A DNA stretch of 64,000 nt from Haliotis rubra (lineage: Eukaryota): assembly GCF_003918875.1 (NCBI RefSeq), contig NW_025765324.1, positions 88,041 to 152,040 of the forward strand, given 5' to 3'. Below are positions 1 through 12,220 of the stretch, one piece after another; the first letter of the stretch is position 1, and each line of letters starts with the position of its first letter. The notes beneath the pieces were generated by a model, which did not search any database, was not told the origin of the DNA, and saw only the letters and a list, made by a program, of their open reading frames with translations. Made by a program: the position numbers and the translations under genes.

Positions 1-182
1 CTGTCATATCCAAGAAAGCCCACGCAAGTCTAGAAAATGAAGAAAGTCTCAGGGCTCCTTTTCATTATATTTTATTTTTTATTATCAGCTTTTTACTGTA
101 AAATATTTTCATTTCAGAGACTAGTTGTTAGCCTAGACTTTGGCATTGCAGGAAGGGCTAGGCAGGCGACAGGCTGCAAAGC

Positions 183-250
183 TTTACATAGGCGGATCGT
201 GGGTGTGTGTGTTGGGTGTGTGTGTGTGTGTGTGTGTGGGGGGTGTGTGC
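183..250. repeat. (GT)n microsatellite
   Basis: gtgggtgtgtgtgttgggtgtgtgtgtgtgtgtgtgtgtgggggg. Confidence 0.9.
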
Positions 251-445
251 GCACCGCCCATTTTGTCCTGAAAGTTTAAGTGACCATTGAAACTCTCGTG
301 AAAACGGGTTCCCCACTCGGACAATTCCCCACACAGGCAATTGTCGAGTTGCATATGTTGATTCTTTCCCTTGCACATTAACAGCAAAGGAGTTAATGGC
401 TATTCATACAAGCATTGTTCTGCTCAGCACTTACTGAGGCAAGTT

Positions 446-612
446 GGAGCGATGGGATAGCCCAGTGATTAAAGCGTTCACTCGTCACGCCGAAGATCCG
501 GGTTCGATTTCACATGGGTACAATATGTGAAGCCCATTTCTGGTGTCCCCCGTCGTGATATTGCTGGAATATTGCTAAACACAGCGTAAAATTAAACTCA
601 CTCACTCACTGA
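446..612 (+). mobile_element. SINE-A copy (tRNA-derived)
   Basis: Head gggatagcccagtgattaaagcgttcactcgtcacgccgaagatccgggttcgattt with A/B-box-like motifs, body ...catttctggtgtcccc..gtgatattgctggaatattgct..., tail ...gcgtaaaattaaactcactcactcact. The same unit recurs more than 12 times in the window. Confidence 0.8.
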
Positions 613-1057
613 AGCAAGCCTAGATTCTGAGACAATGGGACTTTCTTTCCTTTTCAAATTTATATATTACTCATTTTTTCTGTCAAAAGTATGTATGTAA
701 AGCATGCATGAATGTACTTATGGGTGCAAGAATTGTGATGTATGTGCAATATACATTTTTATTTATCTTAAATGTATTACTGTGATACATACATGTGTCT
801 CATAGGCAAAATGGCCGGATGCAATGTAAACGTTTAAAATGTGTTATTAAAGATAAAGATAAAATGTTTATTGTGCAAACATTCCATACAGAAACAGTGA
901 CAATTTTCTATAAGCTACATAAACAAGATATATAATGAATCACATATATATGATGAACAACAAAACATAATAATATAAATGTGTATAATAATAATGGCCT
1001 AGGACAATCAGATCTTCTATATTTGTTTAAAGTTGTACATGTGGTAGCAAATAATTT

Positions 1058-1705
1058 CTATACTATTTGGATCATTATTTCTGTCAACAACATTATTACA
1101 CACGTGCGTTCATACGCAAAAAAAAAGAGGTTAATTTTTTCAGTGATAGTAAGTCTGAGAAAGTTATTAATTTTAGAGGAAAGGGAGTTAAATAAGGACT
1201 TTCTTGCATCTGAATATTTAGTGCAACACATGAAATGGTGTTCCTCATGCTCAAGGACAGAGCACTGATCACAGAGACGGTCCTCCAAAGGTGTAGGTGG
1301 TCTTGTTCTCCTACCCAGTTCAATTTTTAGCCTGTGATCACTCAGTCTTAGTTTTGTGAAGTGGATACGGTGTTTTGTTATCTTGCAGTGTTGCAGGTAT
1401 GGTTCAAAGTTGATTTCAGATATAAATTTTCTATATGTTCTAGGTTTGTTCCTTGAATTTAATGTGTTTGGATTATCTTGAACAGATGAAAATTTCAATT
1501 GAAGGTCCTTCAGTACAGAAGAGGAAGTAAGATTACTTTCCTTGATTTTAAACTTATCTAAGAGGCAACTGAGTTTATAGTACAATCCAATGTGTGTCTT
1601 TATTGATTCATTAAAAGCATGTTTTAAAATGGTATTTGGAGATTGTAAAATATGACTGTAGAATTGAACAATGGATTTAATTACTCTGAATAATAGGGGA
1701 AACAA
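1058..1705 (-). mobile_element. 5'-truncated LINE (CR1/L2/RTE-like) ORF2 C-terminal fragment
   Basis: 215-aa minus-strand ORF containing ...HFTKLRLSDHRLKIELGRRTRPPTPLEDRLCDQCSVLEHEEHHFMCCTKYSDARKSLFN. This is the R.S.H.L.IE.GR...R.C..C....E.EEHF..C..Y...R zinc-knuckle motif at the C-terminus of many LINE ORF2 proteins. No RT core is present. Confidence 0.5.
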
Positions 1706-3087
1706 ACCAAGCCCTGCTCTGCATGCCCAGTTTTGCGTTTGCGGAGAAACTCCCAGAGTACGTTTACAGAATTTCGTTTATTAGCATGTGACACAATAAT
1801 AAAATATTTTTCTTCTTCTTCTATATTCAGAAACGATGGTTACAGAAACAGTTAGAGTGGGGGAGGTTGGACGGGGATGGACGTAGGGAGGGGGTGGGGA
1901 TATGGAGGGGGTGTTAAATAGCGGGATCTGTAAACTGTTTGGATCTTCAACGGTAATTGGAGATGAAAGATACTCGTCGTTTATTGTCACTCAGCCTCTG
2001 TACCTCATTAGCTATCTGTTGATTCGTGTCACCACATACCGCACCCCTCCCCCCTTCCCCCCAAGTCCCCCTCCAACCGAGCCTCTTGGAATCTGGGCAT
2101 CACACGTGTGAGGAGGTTTAGGGCTAGTTGGCTGAGATTACATCAGTGCCTCTGTAATTAGTAAAGTATTATCCCATTGTTTACAGTGGTCCCGACACGG
2201 ATGAATGGAGTTAGCCCAGAATGTAAATAAACAGGTGAAGAGTGGATGAAGATCAATTACCTTCAGATACATTGGAGCTTATTCGTTCATTGGTTTCATA
2301 AGTATGTACAAATACACAGTATATATCTTATACACACAATGCTTTATTATGACCAAGAATTTACTATACTCTCAAAAAAAAGAACGATTCCTAATCATTT
2401 TCACGAACAGAAGTCCTGAATTAATTTCCAAAATATGTCACCATCTTTACACCTTTAAATGAATTCTATATCTTAACATAGTCTCCTCATATATTATTTC
2501 CATGTCATTATACCACATGATTTCTAAAAAAATGTTATAATGTACATCATTTATGTATGAAATGTATCTTGTACCTGCTGTGTTTATGCTTGTAGTTTAA
2601 AGAATATTGCCACTGTTTCTTCATGGAATGATATGCAATAAATATCTTATCTTATCTATCTGCATAAATTCACCAGGTCGCGTTTTACTGTCTTAACTCG
2701 ACAGATTTTATACTCTACTGTTAACGTACTATCTGGTTTAGTCATGATATGGCTGAAATACTGCCTTAATGTATAACCGTAGAATATTCACTCAAAACTA
2801 TAACCCGGCCCCCATAGATATACGTAATGTTAAATATCATTTATTTATATTTTCAATATACTTGTATTTTGTCTCAGGCCTATACTACAAACCAAACGTC
2901 ACGCTTACTTCCACAGTATTTTGCCCAACTTGACACTCCCGAGTTTTACCAAATTGGTAAATGTCGAGACCCGACATGGAATGGATCTCTGCGGACCTTT
3001 GTTGATACAATTGTTAATTTGAATTGACGGTTTGTAAACAGCTAGGATGCCGCTCTCTCTCCCACTCCCAGCTAGTTACCAAAAAGC

Positions 3088-3172
3088 CGACGGCCAAGCC
3101 GACCTCTGGGATCAGATACAAGCCTACCTCTGGGATCAGAAACAAGCCGACCTCTGGGATCAGAAACACGCT
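3088..3172. repeat. 3 x ~26-bp tandem repeat
   Basis: gccgacctctgggatcagatacaa / gcctacctctgggatcagaaacaa / gccgacctctgggatcagaaacac. Confidence 0.8.
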
Positions 3173-3334
3173 ATGTACACCACCAGTAGTTTTACCTTAG
3201 TAGCCAGTCAACATGGTAGGCATAATATCTTTGGTATACAAACCCACCATTCCAAATTCGAATCCAGTATTCCATTCCGAAACCTCCATTCTATACTTTC
3301 ACTATGTCGACCCTACTCTTACTCACTGGAGGAG

Positions 3335-3550
3335 CGGTGGGCCGGGGTAGCTTAGTGGTAAAAGCGTTCGCTCGTCACACGAAAGAACCGGGTTCGATTC
3401 CCACATGGGCATAATGTGTGAAACCAATTTCTGGTATCTCCACCGTGATATTACTGGAATATTGCTTAAAGCGGCATAAAACAATATTCACTCACTCATT
3501 GGAATACTGTCCAAAGCGTCGTTAAAAGCCAACTCACTCACTCACTATTT
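3335..3550 (+). mobile_element. SINE-A copy
   Basis: ggggtagcttagtggtaaaagcgttcgctcgtcacacgaaagaaccgggttcgattccc...attgcttaaagcggcataaaacaatattcactcactc. Confidence 0.8.
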
Positions 3551-4054
3551 GCATCATAATACGAAGGTCATCTGCACCCTGACGTGACTCAGGAACACAA
3601 AAAGAAGAGATTGGGGTACTTGATCAGCCAAAGAGGCAGGGTGCAATAACAGATATTGCTATTTGAAAAAGATGTGACAGAAACAATGTTATTTTGAGGT
3701 CTGAATAAGAGGAGACGCATATTTCCACCATCTGTACCAAACTGTCAGCAGATATCGGCGGTATACCTTAGATATTTGTTTGACTGGTTGATTTTAGAAG
3801 TTGGCGAAGCTATAAGAAAGCCTACAACGTTATGGATAACAGTTTATGGTTTATTGCATACAGCGACTTCTCCATATTAGCCACAGTTACTCTGGTGAAG
3901 AGCATCACTCCACTTAATTCAACATTTCCATCTGAAGGATTTGTGTTAAACGTTTTTGCAGAAGTTTGTTTTGAAACTGAATGTATGTGTTTTGTTTTAC
4001 GCCGCCTTAAGCGAGAAAACTAGCAAGTTACAACGGAGTAAATACGTGCGTGAA

Positions 4055-4216
4055 TGAAGTGAGTGAGTGAGTATTGTTTTACGCCGCTTTTAGCAATATT
4101 CCAGCAATATCACGGCGGGGATCACCACAAATGGGCTTCACACATGGTACCCATGTGGGGAATCAAACCTGGGTCTTCAGCGTGACGAGCGGACGCTTTA
4201 ACCACTAGGCTACCCC
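4055..4216 (-). mobile_element. SINE-A copy
   Basis: Reverse complement of the family consensus (gagtgagtgagtattgttttacgccgcttttagcaatattccagcaatatcacgg...ctaggctaccccaccgcccc). Confidence 0.8.
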
Positions 4217-4369
4217 ACCGCCCCTGAGTGAATGAAACATACGTACACTGCCGAGAGTGAAATATACAGGCTGAAGGGACATGAATGGCTTGAAAATACC
4301 TTTAATGTTTTTGTAAAAGTGGGCGTAATTGTGTTTTAATGCTATAAAAGAGACCAGACAATGTATTCA

Positions 4370-4550
4370 TTTTCAGAAACTGAAAGTTCGGAGGACTTGT
4401 CGCTGGCTATGCCGGAGACCCGGGTTCTATTGCTCTCATGATAACAATGTATATTGGTTGACACTTGCCATTGATGTTCATGTTGTTGATTACTGGAATA
4501 TTGCTGAGTGCGACTTTAAACAACAACCAAACCAAAACGGCTTCTAAACT
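4370..4550 (+). mobile_element. SINE, diverged tRNA-like head with shared tail module
   Basis: ccgggttctattgctc...gttgattactggaatattgctgagtgcgactttaaacaacaaccaaaccaaaa. Confidence 0.4.
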
Positions 4551-4554
4551 AGGG

Positions 4555-4800
4555 GTGTTGAAACAATCTAGTGTCTCTAACAGACGCCGGCCTCCTGTTA
4601 GCACTGTGGATGTAGAGTGAGTTTTGTTTTCGCCGCACTCAGTAATATTCCAGCTATATGGTCTGTAAATAATTGAGTTTGGACCAGACAATTCATTGGT
4701 CAATAACATGAGCATCGATCTACGCATCTGGAATACGATGACATGTGTCATCCGAGTCAGCGAGTCTGACCACCCGATCCCGTTAGTGGCCTCTTACCAC
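4555..4800 (-). mobile_element. SINE-B copy
   Basis: ...cgccgcactcagtaatattccagctatatggtctgtaaataattgagtttggaccagacaattcattggtcaataacatgagcatcgatctacgcatctggaatacgatgacatgtgtcatccgagtcagcgagtctgaccacc...aagcattggttagtgcatgaagaccaat...cccggatc. Same family as 10893, 12628, 15188 and others. Confidence 0.75.
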
Positions 4801-5337
4801 AAGCATTGGTTAGTGCATGAAGACCAATTAACTAACCCGGATCATGTGTGATTATAACCATTTTGTAGTTTAACACTTCCACACAGCATTTTGGTTGCAT
4901 TTCCGTGGAATATATTCGCGTTGGCTCACTAGATCTTGAAACAATTTGCGTATCAGGAACATAAAATTGTATTGTAAGTCAGTTTAAATTATTAATGACT
5001 GCATGTATTGGTAGTTTATACAACTAGGTATTTGACGCAATGGTAAATAATAGAGCCAAGCTTATTAGAGGAAACACGTACATGAAAAAAGCGTTAAGTT
5101 TTTTGTTGTTGTTAGGGTATGACCTTTTCCTCATGACAAATCATCTGTACTGCTCATGATTTTTTAAAATTCAGAGTGACATTAAATCTGCAATTTCTAT
5201 AACCCCCTTATATAGTACTTTTTAACGGGACTCCATTCAACAATGGTGACAATGAGCCCATGAATGTATTGTAATATTATCCTTATAATAATCAAGTCTG
5301 GACACGTGGGTAGTACTGCAGTATATCAAAGAACGCC

Positions 5338-5870
5338 ATTCTTCCATTCGTTGGTTTCACCAGGGAGACTATATATGTTGTAGAGTATCCCTGGTTTCAC
5401 ATTATTTTTCGACTCGCTGTGCGTGTAAACACACTCTAAAAAAATCAAAAATCAAAACAGATATATGGTTTATGTCGAATTTAACTGATCTTAATTCATT
5501 TATGAATGGAAAGGACCGGGGTTAGTTAAATAAATAGCTTTACGTTTGTTAACAAGCATATCTTGTATAAACGCATCTCACCACCACCCGTCCACCGTCC
5601 TTCCTGCACATCCCCTTCTCACAACTAAAAAAAACACATCTCTGATGCAGTTGCCACCAAATAGAACATCAATTATTGAAAAGCATAGGCAAATGGATGT
5701 ATGTACTCAACTATGAAAAGTTGTCACACGTAATTAATCTTCGTAGAGCTTTTATTTAGAGTGTGTTTACACTATCGGCGACCAAACCGGAAGTTGACCA
5801 GTAGATGTTTTTACACGTTCTACGCATGCGCACAGCGAGTCGAAAATTAATATGAAACCAACGAATACAG
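5338..5870. mobile_element. TIR-bounded non-coding element (about 530 bp)
   Basis: About 38-bp terminal inverted repeats attcgttggtttcacattatttttcgactcgctgtgcg (5342..5423) and reverse complement cgcacagcgagtcgaaaattaatatgaaaccaacgaat (..5866). The left terminus is interrupted by a 41-bp insert. Subterminal tgtaaacacactctaaa / tttagagtgtgtttaca also form an inverted pair. Confidence 0.5.
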
Positions 5871-6974
5871 ACGACAGTAAAATGAGTAATGATCCAGTGG
5901 CTTTGCTCAAATCGGGAAGTCTCGATAACATACCCGACAGTACAGGGTCGCTAGTTTCTTGTGAGGAAAACTGAAATTGTTCTTATTATTTACATAATCT
6001 TGGTATTATGATTAAAATCATTTCCATGAAGACTGTGCAAGTCTAAATGTAGATCCAAGCCCCCTTCGAACACTTCCTCACACTTGTGATTGTTCATACG
6101 TTGGCGAGTATAAACAAAGGGAAGTAACTCTGATCATCTTGGTACCTATTGCAAAACATTTCAGCAGTCGCGGTTAATCGCGAGTATTTACATGTTTTGC
6201 TGCGTCAGGATATTTCACTGGATTGCACGAATACAGCGGAACAGTTTTTATATCAGGGTAAGCAGTAAGTGCATGCTGTCAGACGAAATACATCCGAAAT
6301 AAGGTTTGATAAAACAGTTTTTGTATGAAAATCATTAATCAACAGTGCATGATCTGACAAGGGACGACATTCTTGTCGGCTTCCTGACAACGAGTTGAAT
6401 AACAAATCCCGTTATTTGACCATAAGAGGTGTTGAGCGCAGAAACTGGCAATGGATAATATAAGTAAGTTTCATTCAGATATCATTGATATTTGCAGTTG
6501 TGATCTTCTCAGCGGTGGGATCTATGCAAACCAATATTAATTCATTTCCTTGTTCTATTGTCTTCTTATCGTTATGTGCTTGTACTAGTTTCAGGTTGTT
6601 TTCAATTTTTAGATACAAGCCATTATATATATTGTCTGGATGATCAATGTGGTCCTGCATATTCTTACATGCGACATTTTTACAAGCAAAGATTAATTAA
6701 ATTGATTATGTTATTTTGTAATGATGCCTTTTATGTTAATAATATATATGTATGTATATTAATATTTACCTTACCTCTCACATAAATGTCGTTTTCTGAT
6801 TGGCTCAGCCAATCAATGTACCCCGCTTACAAGCGAGTAACATTTTCTATGTTACCTGCTGGAAATGCTGAACTGTGGCTGGGGGTGGGTATTGCAGGGA
6901 ATTTTCATATTGCGATATATTGCGATATGTATTGCTTCAAACAGTTCAAAATTAACATTGAAGTGTTCGGTAAG

Positions 6975-7082
6975 ATAAATACGTGGGTCCGGGGTCCATG
7001 GGTTGATGTATCCTCGGGCTCAGAGAACATTAGCAAACGTAGAGGGTACATCAAGCCATGTCCCCCTCGTGAATAGTGAACA
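6975..7082. mobile_element. Palindromic MITE copy (family Y)
   Basis: ggtccatgggttgatgtatcctcgggctcagagaacattagcaaacgtagagggtacatcaagccatgtccccctcgtgaatagtgaacaa has inverted arms and the same family as 57750-57842. Confidence 0.5.
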
Positions 7083-8274
7083 ACTTATAATAGGTACCGG
7101 TATGTATATATATACACTGATTGTGTCATCTACCCCATTGGCATGAAATGTTTCTAAAAGATATCAGTCATAGGATCGTCTGGTCCAGACACACCCTGAT
7201 TTTGTTTGCTCTCCATGTCAGGCGAGTTGCATCAGAAAGAAAAATGCCATGTGATTCAACATTATCTACTGCCGAAATGGCAGACCTGCAGTTAGTCAAT
7301 CACCCAACAGACTTCCATGTTATTTGAAACTTTTTTAGTTTCAGCGGAAGGCTATATTGCCGACACAATGTCGCGAGAACGTGACAAACTTTCTACCCAG
7401 AATCCTCTTCTGACCAAGTGGAAGCTGGATGTCCCTACAGGTTCAATATTATTTTGCATACTTGTAACACCACCAATGTTTGCAGCAACATATATTCTCA
7501 CTTCTCGCATGTAATTGAATGGTGCTAAAGGTCCTGGCCATTTAGGATTCATAAGGCATGAAAAATGCTTTAACTTAAAAACTTATCTATAGAATTTAAC
7601 TATACACTGTGTGATCTTGAGGGGACGGCATAAATCATTTGAAACCTAAGGTGGTCTTTCTATAAGTTCAAGATCTTAGTTATCACGGAATATAACAAAA
7701 CATTGTACAATGTGGAATATGTGTACTTTTTGGCCCATATGATCTGCATTATTAAAAAATTTAGCAAATCTTTAAAAAAATGTTTTAAAAGTTATGAGGT
7801 ATTGTTATATGACAGTGTAATATATGGTTATGCTATGTTGTACTTATATTACATTGTGTCTGTTAAAATTCATTAGAAGGTCATCAAATTGTGTATTAAC
7901 AACGACTGGTTGTCAGGAATGTTACTATCTAATGTAAGCAGTGGTGTGGAAGTTATTATATTCAGAGGCTTTAGGTCTCAAGTTAATCAGGAATCTTCTA
8001 GAATGCAATAGATTAATCTGGCATAGAATGGAAAATCTAAAAGGTATTTAGATTATGTGAATGGCCAAGTGCATGCCTCTATCATCTCTCATTACATTCA
8101 TTATAGTATTACTAGTGTGAGGATCTCTCCTCACCCTGGGTATTCAGACTTGCACTATTTTGGAAGCTTAACCACTGTTTCTGCTAGGCAAACATTATTG
8201 TAACTGTTGAGAAGTAAGTATTTTTTGTGTGGCTGGATCTGTAGAAGAGAATTGTGGAGTTATCTCCCTTGGTC

Positions 8275-8510
8275 GGTAAGAAATGTGGTTTGATTAGTGG
8301 AGTTATCTCCCTATGCCAGTAAGGAATGGTGAAGCCACGAGGCATGTGTTTTGATGCCTGTCTTTGAACCGTATATTCTGATACCCAAGAGATGAATGGA
8401 GCCTATCGAACCACATACATTCTTAACTGTATTCCTTATTTTCATGAAAACACAGGCCTCGTGGCTTCACCATTCCTTACCAGCCAAGGGAGATGACTCC
8501 ACTATTCTCT
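8275..8510. mobile_element. Foldback element abutting TEP1 first coding exon
   Basis: Arms ggagttatctccctatgccagtaaggaatggtgaagccacgaggc (8300-8345) and gcctcgtggcttcaccattccttaccagccaagggagatgactcc (8457-8501) are reverse complements about 110 bp apart. An extra direct half-copy ggagttatctcccttggtcggtaag sits at 8257. The right arm contains the ATG at 8493. Confidence 0.5.
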
Positions 8511-9233
8511 TCTACAGTCACCCTCACATCTTTCTCACCTGCAGTTAGTTGTCCACAACATTCCTATTACAGCATGTGTTGTAATCATAGATTGTTTGTT
8601 CAAGGTTTAAAAGGAGGACTTGGCGGGTCAAGTCTACTCTCGACATCCAAAACTGCTGATGCAGGTCGTAAGCGGAAAGGAAATGATTCCTCTGATGTTG
8701 ATAAAAAGAAGACAAAAGACACATCGTTTGCTACCCAGAGTTCTCTTCTCAGCACAGAGCTGACCCAGAAATTAACACTATCGTCCAGCTTGACTGGCAG
8801 CAGTTTACTGTCCGGCAGTAGCCTACTGTCTGGTGGACTGTTAACAAGTTCTTTAACAAAAACACTGTTTGTTAAATCTACAAGAACTAAAGATGACCAT
8901 AATGAAAAATCGAGCGAAAGCTCGTTGGAAAAAAACCCAAAGAAAGTGAAATCTACAAGGGCTGATGGACCTTCAAAGAGACAGTCAATTGAGGTCAAGG
9001 ACAAAGGAAGGAAGGTGTCCAAGTTGTCCAAGGCCGCCAAACTGCCCAAAGAGAAGTCCAAGGAACCAGGATTCAACTACAAGGCGTACGAGACCAGCTA
9101 CCCAGATTACAACTTTGCTGGGATGTATGCTGGGGAGAGTTTTGAAGTGCCGAGCTTCATGCCGCCAGACAAGGATGTTAGAGTCAGCAAACACCTTGTG
9201 GCAGCGCCACTCTGTGATGTGAACGGCTTGAAG
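8493..9233 (+). CDS. TEP1: TEP1-like exon 1 (first coding exon seen; low-complexity N-terminal region)
   Basis: Open frame from ATG 8493 to donor aag|gtgagt (GT at 9234). S/T/K-rich segment ending ...KEPGFNYKAYETSYPDYNFAGMYAGESFEVPSFMPPDKDVRVSKHLVAAPLCDVNGLK. True 5' boundary uncertain: an acceptor-like ttctcttctacag ends at 8517 and upstream exons may exist. Confidence 0.5.
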
Positions 9234-9795
9234 GTGAGTGATTGGTTAGCATCATTAGATTAGCCCATTGATGTAGAAAGTATGACATATAGCTGTTATA
9301 ACATTGATACAGGGTTAGGAATTTATCAGGCATACAGGTTTTAGTAGTCCAACTAGGTTATATTTGAACAATTGCTTTCAACAATTGTATTTTTATGCAA
9401 TGATACATTGTACTTGTCCTGAAGGACATAATTATATTGAGAATGGGATGCACCAAGAATTTCGCTGCCTATGACTAAAGCTACTGTTCCAGAGCCTACA
9501 GCCTTTAAAATTTCTTTCCGTCAAGAACAGTTAATGATCAATTACAGTTCAAGTTGTGTGATGAACATTATCATCAGCCTGCTTATGATAACTCAATTGT
9601 ACGACACCCGACTGTTTTGAATATTTTTTTAGTCCATGTTCAAAAAGGCATGCTAAGTAATGAAACACAAATGACATCTAACCTTGCCGAAGCTGTTTAT
9701 ATTTATCATGTATAACCTGCTCTCTTTCATGTATGTCAGTATGTTTGATGGTAATTATAATAACAATAGTTATCTTTCTTACATATTCTTTCCAG

Positions 9796-9930
9796 CATGC
9801 ATTTATCAATGCTGTAAGTTCATCCCTTATCTGCGCACCGAACTTCAAGGATTCCAAGGACAAGGCCAGAATTGACCTCATTGCCATGTCAGAGAAGGTC
9901 ACGACCTATGACCCAGAGTTTCTTCTGAAG
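9796..9930 (+). CDS. TEP1: TEP1-like exon 2 (TROVE)
   Basis: Acceptor ttctttccag|cat, donor ctgaag|gtaagc. Phase 0-0. Peptide HAFINAVSSSLICAPNFKDSKDKARIDLIAMSEKVTTYDPEFLLK. Confidence 0.7.
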
Positions 9931-10087
9931 GTAAGCTTAAGGTGTTAAAAGTTGGACAAATTTAACATCTGTTAACTAAAAACAACTATGATCACAATGA
10001 TGCACCCACAATGTTGGCCTTCTCAGTTCAGCCAATTATTAGTAAATTTAACTTATTTATAAATGCTTTTTGTTAATTTTTGGTCAG

Positions 10088-10249
10088 GTTGCCTTACACA
10101 CAAGAAAAGGTTTGAACATCCGAACTACAGCCAACTTTTTGCTGGCACTGGCTGCAAATGTAAAGTTGTGTCGCCCATACATGAGAAAATATTTCTCTGC
10201 TGCCATCAACCTGCCCTCCGACTGGATTGAAGTGGCAGAAATCTACCAG
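10088..10249 (+). CDS. TEP1: TEP1-like exon 3 (TROVE)
   Basis: Acceptor ttttggtcag|gtt, donor taccag|gtgagg. Peptide VALHTRKGLNIRTTANFLLALAANVKLCRPYMRKYFSAAINLPSDWIEVAEIYQ. Confidence 0.75.
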
Positions 10250-10596
10250 GTGAGGATGATTTTCTGTTCATCTGTCTGTTATGAAAGGTACAAGATTACA
10301 GGTTCAAGAGGTTTTTGCTTTCATCTGTGGTTAACTTGATGTAGGAAAACTGATATCAATGTATAACAGTTAAATCCTAAACTGTTGAAACATGTCCAAA
10401 TTTATGAGAAGAGACTATGGTATATAGTGTATTATATATATCACGCTTCCGTACAAAATATACAATGACCTCAGGAACAATTATTACAGGCAGCAATCTG
10501 TTCTCTTTTTATTTTCAAATGGTAATTTGTCATGTTTGATAATTTTTGACTGCAGAAGTTATTTTATATATCTAACTGTTCTGTCATTAACTTCAG

Positions 10597-10693
10597 GCAT
10601 TCCATGATGATGGCCTGACATTCGGGGCACTCCCTGCAGCCTTGAGACGAGTTATGGTGGCAAAGTTTCCAGATTTTGACAAATACCAGCTTG
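10597..10693 (+). CDS. TEP1: TEP1-like exon 4 (TROVE)
   Basis: Acceptor aacttcag|gca, donor cagcttg|gtaggt. Peptide AFHDDGLTFGALPAALRRVMVAKFPDFDKYQL. Ends with 1 carried nt. Confidence 0.7.
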
Positions 10694-10892
10694 GTAGGTT
10701 ATAGTTTATGTCACCATCAGTCATCCATGCTCGCTGTCATTTCTATGTGGACATATAACTTACCAAACCACCCATACTTCCACTCCCCACCCACCATCAC
10801 TTCAGCCAAATTTCCAAAACCAAATTCTTTCAAAAATTAAATATGCAACCCTAACAATCCCCTCAGGTTGTTCTGTCAAAATCACCCCTCTT

Positions 10893-11140
10893 TCAGTCTA
10901 ATACGAACCCATGAAGATCCAGGTTAGAATTGATCTTCAGTAACCCATGCTTGTCGTAAAAGGCGACTAATGGGTCGGGTGGTCAGGCTTGCTGACTTGG
11001 TTGACACATGTCATCGTATCCCAGTTGCGTACATCGATGCTCATGCTGTTGATCACTGGATTGTCTCGTCCAGACTTGATTCCTTTCAGACCGCCGTCAT
11101 ATAGCTGGAATACTGCTGACTGATTAAACTCACTGACTCA
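10893..11140 (+). mobile_element. SINE-B copy
   Basis: acccatgaagatccaggttagaattgatcttcagtaacccatgcttgtcgtaaaaggcgactaatgggtcgggtggtcaggcttgctgacttggttgacacatgtcatcgtatcccagttgcgtacatcgatgctcatgctgttgatcactggattgtc...atagctggaatactgctgac. Confidence 0.8.
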
Positions 11141-11214
11141 ATCTAACACTAAATGGCTTCATCGTGGGGCTTCTGCAGCAAGCTTCCCTTGTTGTTTGAG
11201 GGAACTACATCTAC

Positions 11215-11520
11215 TAGTGACCGCCGTGGTGTAGTGGTTAGAGCGTCCAGCCGGGAGAGCGGAAGGTCGTGGGTTCGATCCCTGACCGCGTCATACCAAA
11301 AGACGTTAAAATATGGTACTTATTGATCCCTGCCTTGCGCTCGGCATTAATGGGTACATCAAGGACTGGTCGGCTCGGAGTCAGTATAATGTGTCTGGGT
11401 GGGGTATTCATGCTTCACTGTGGCATGGTATCTCAATGGGCTAGCACTATAAAACCAGCTTCTAGTCTGGGCTAGTACAAGCAGCCGCACTTACACATAC
11501 ACACGCATCCACGTCATCAT
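11215..11520 (+). mobile_element. SINE-C copy (tRNA-like head GACCGCCGTGGTGTAGTGGTTAGAGCG, B box GGTTCGATCCC)
   Basis: Head followed by a body ending ...ctagtctgggctagtacaagcagccgcacttacacatacac. The same tail recurs at 21285-21535 and 53790-53960. Not a bona fide tRNA gene because the acceptor stem does not pair. Confidence 0.6.
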
Positions 11521-12220
11521 ATGAGCGAAATATTCTCAAGCATGACGTTAAACCCAAATTCACCTCACCTCACATCTACTAGTTGGTGTTGTACATATCT
11601 AATGCCCCAGTCTTGCTCCTGACTGTGTCTTTTGAGGCTGTGCCAAAGGAGCATGTATATTGCTTAGTGTAGGCTGAAACAACAACGAAAGGCACAACCA
11701 TATCAAATTTATTATGTTGATGATGACTTGGAAATTCAACATGTGCTTCCTGACAATACGTATTTTGCACTCATGTTTAAATGTCTGTCTTTTGTGGATT
11801 AAATGGCATTTTAGAAGTTGGGAAGTACAATAATGGCACATTTATATACTGAAGGAACCAAATAAGGAAACACCACTTCATGGCAGTGTTCTTTTATTTA
11901 TTCTCAGATTTCCTCCCACAGCACTATGCAAAGCTGGTGATGAAAACTTTAAAGTATTAAAGGAACGCTTGAATTTTCCTGTGTTCCTTTATTTGTTTCT
12001 CTCAGTATAGATAACAACTTTAGTTTCCATATTGTGAGTGCAACATTTCTGTGCAGATTCTTGTTCTTCTGTCTTGCAGGAATGGTACAAGATTCTGTAC
12101 CGAAACATTTTCCATAAGTGTTATCCATAAGTGTGTACTGTAATTTAAGAATTCATAAAATGCTGACTTAGAATTGAGTTTTCTCAGTTTCCTCAAACTA
12201 TCACTGTGATGATTTTGCAG

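Noticed and set aside
3047-3355. 102-aa ORF with ADLWDQ repeats
   Set aside because: Driven by the 26-bp tandem repeat at 3088-3172, directly upstream of a SINE. No gene context.
5880-8270. Possible promoter or upstream TEP1 exons
   Set aside because: Several short ORFs (6786-7076, 7121-7327) but no convincing splice-flanked conserved coding segment or core promoter motif could be defended by eye. Left unannotated.
8600-9076. 158-aa minus-strand ORF
   Set aside because: Antisense to TEP1 exon 1 (codon-complement ORF), no independent support. The same applies to the 201-aa minus ORF at 23107-23712, antisense to exons 16-17 and the intron.
11222-11296. tRNA-like head GACCGCCGTGGTGTAGTGGTTAGAGCG..GGTTCGATCCC
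   Set aside because: The acceptor stem does not close (5' gaccgcc versus 3' gaccgcg are not complementary). It is the head of SINE-C, not a tRNA gene.
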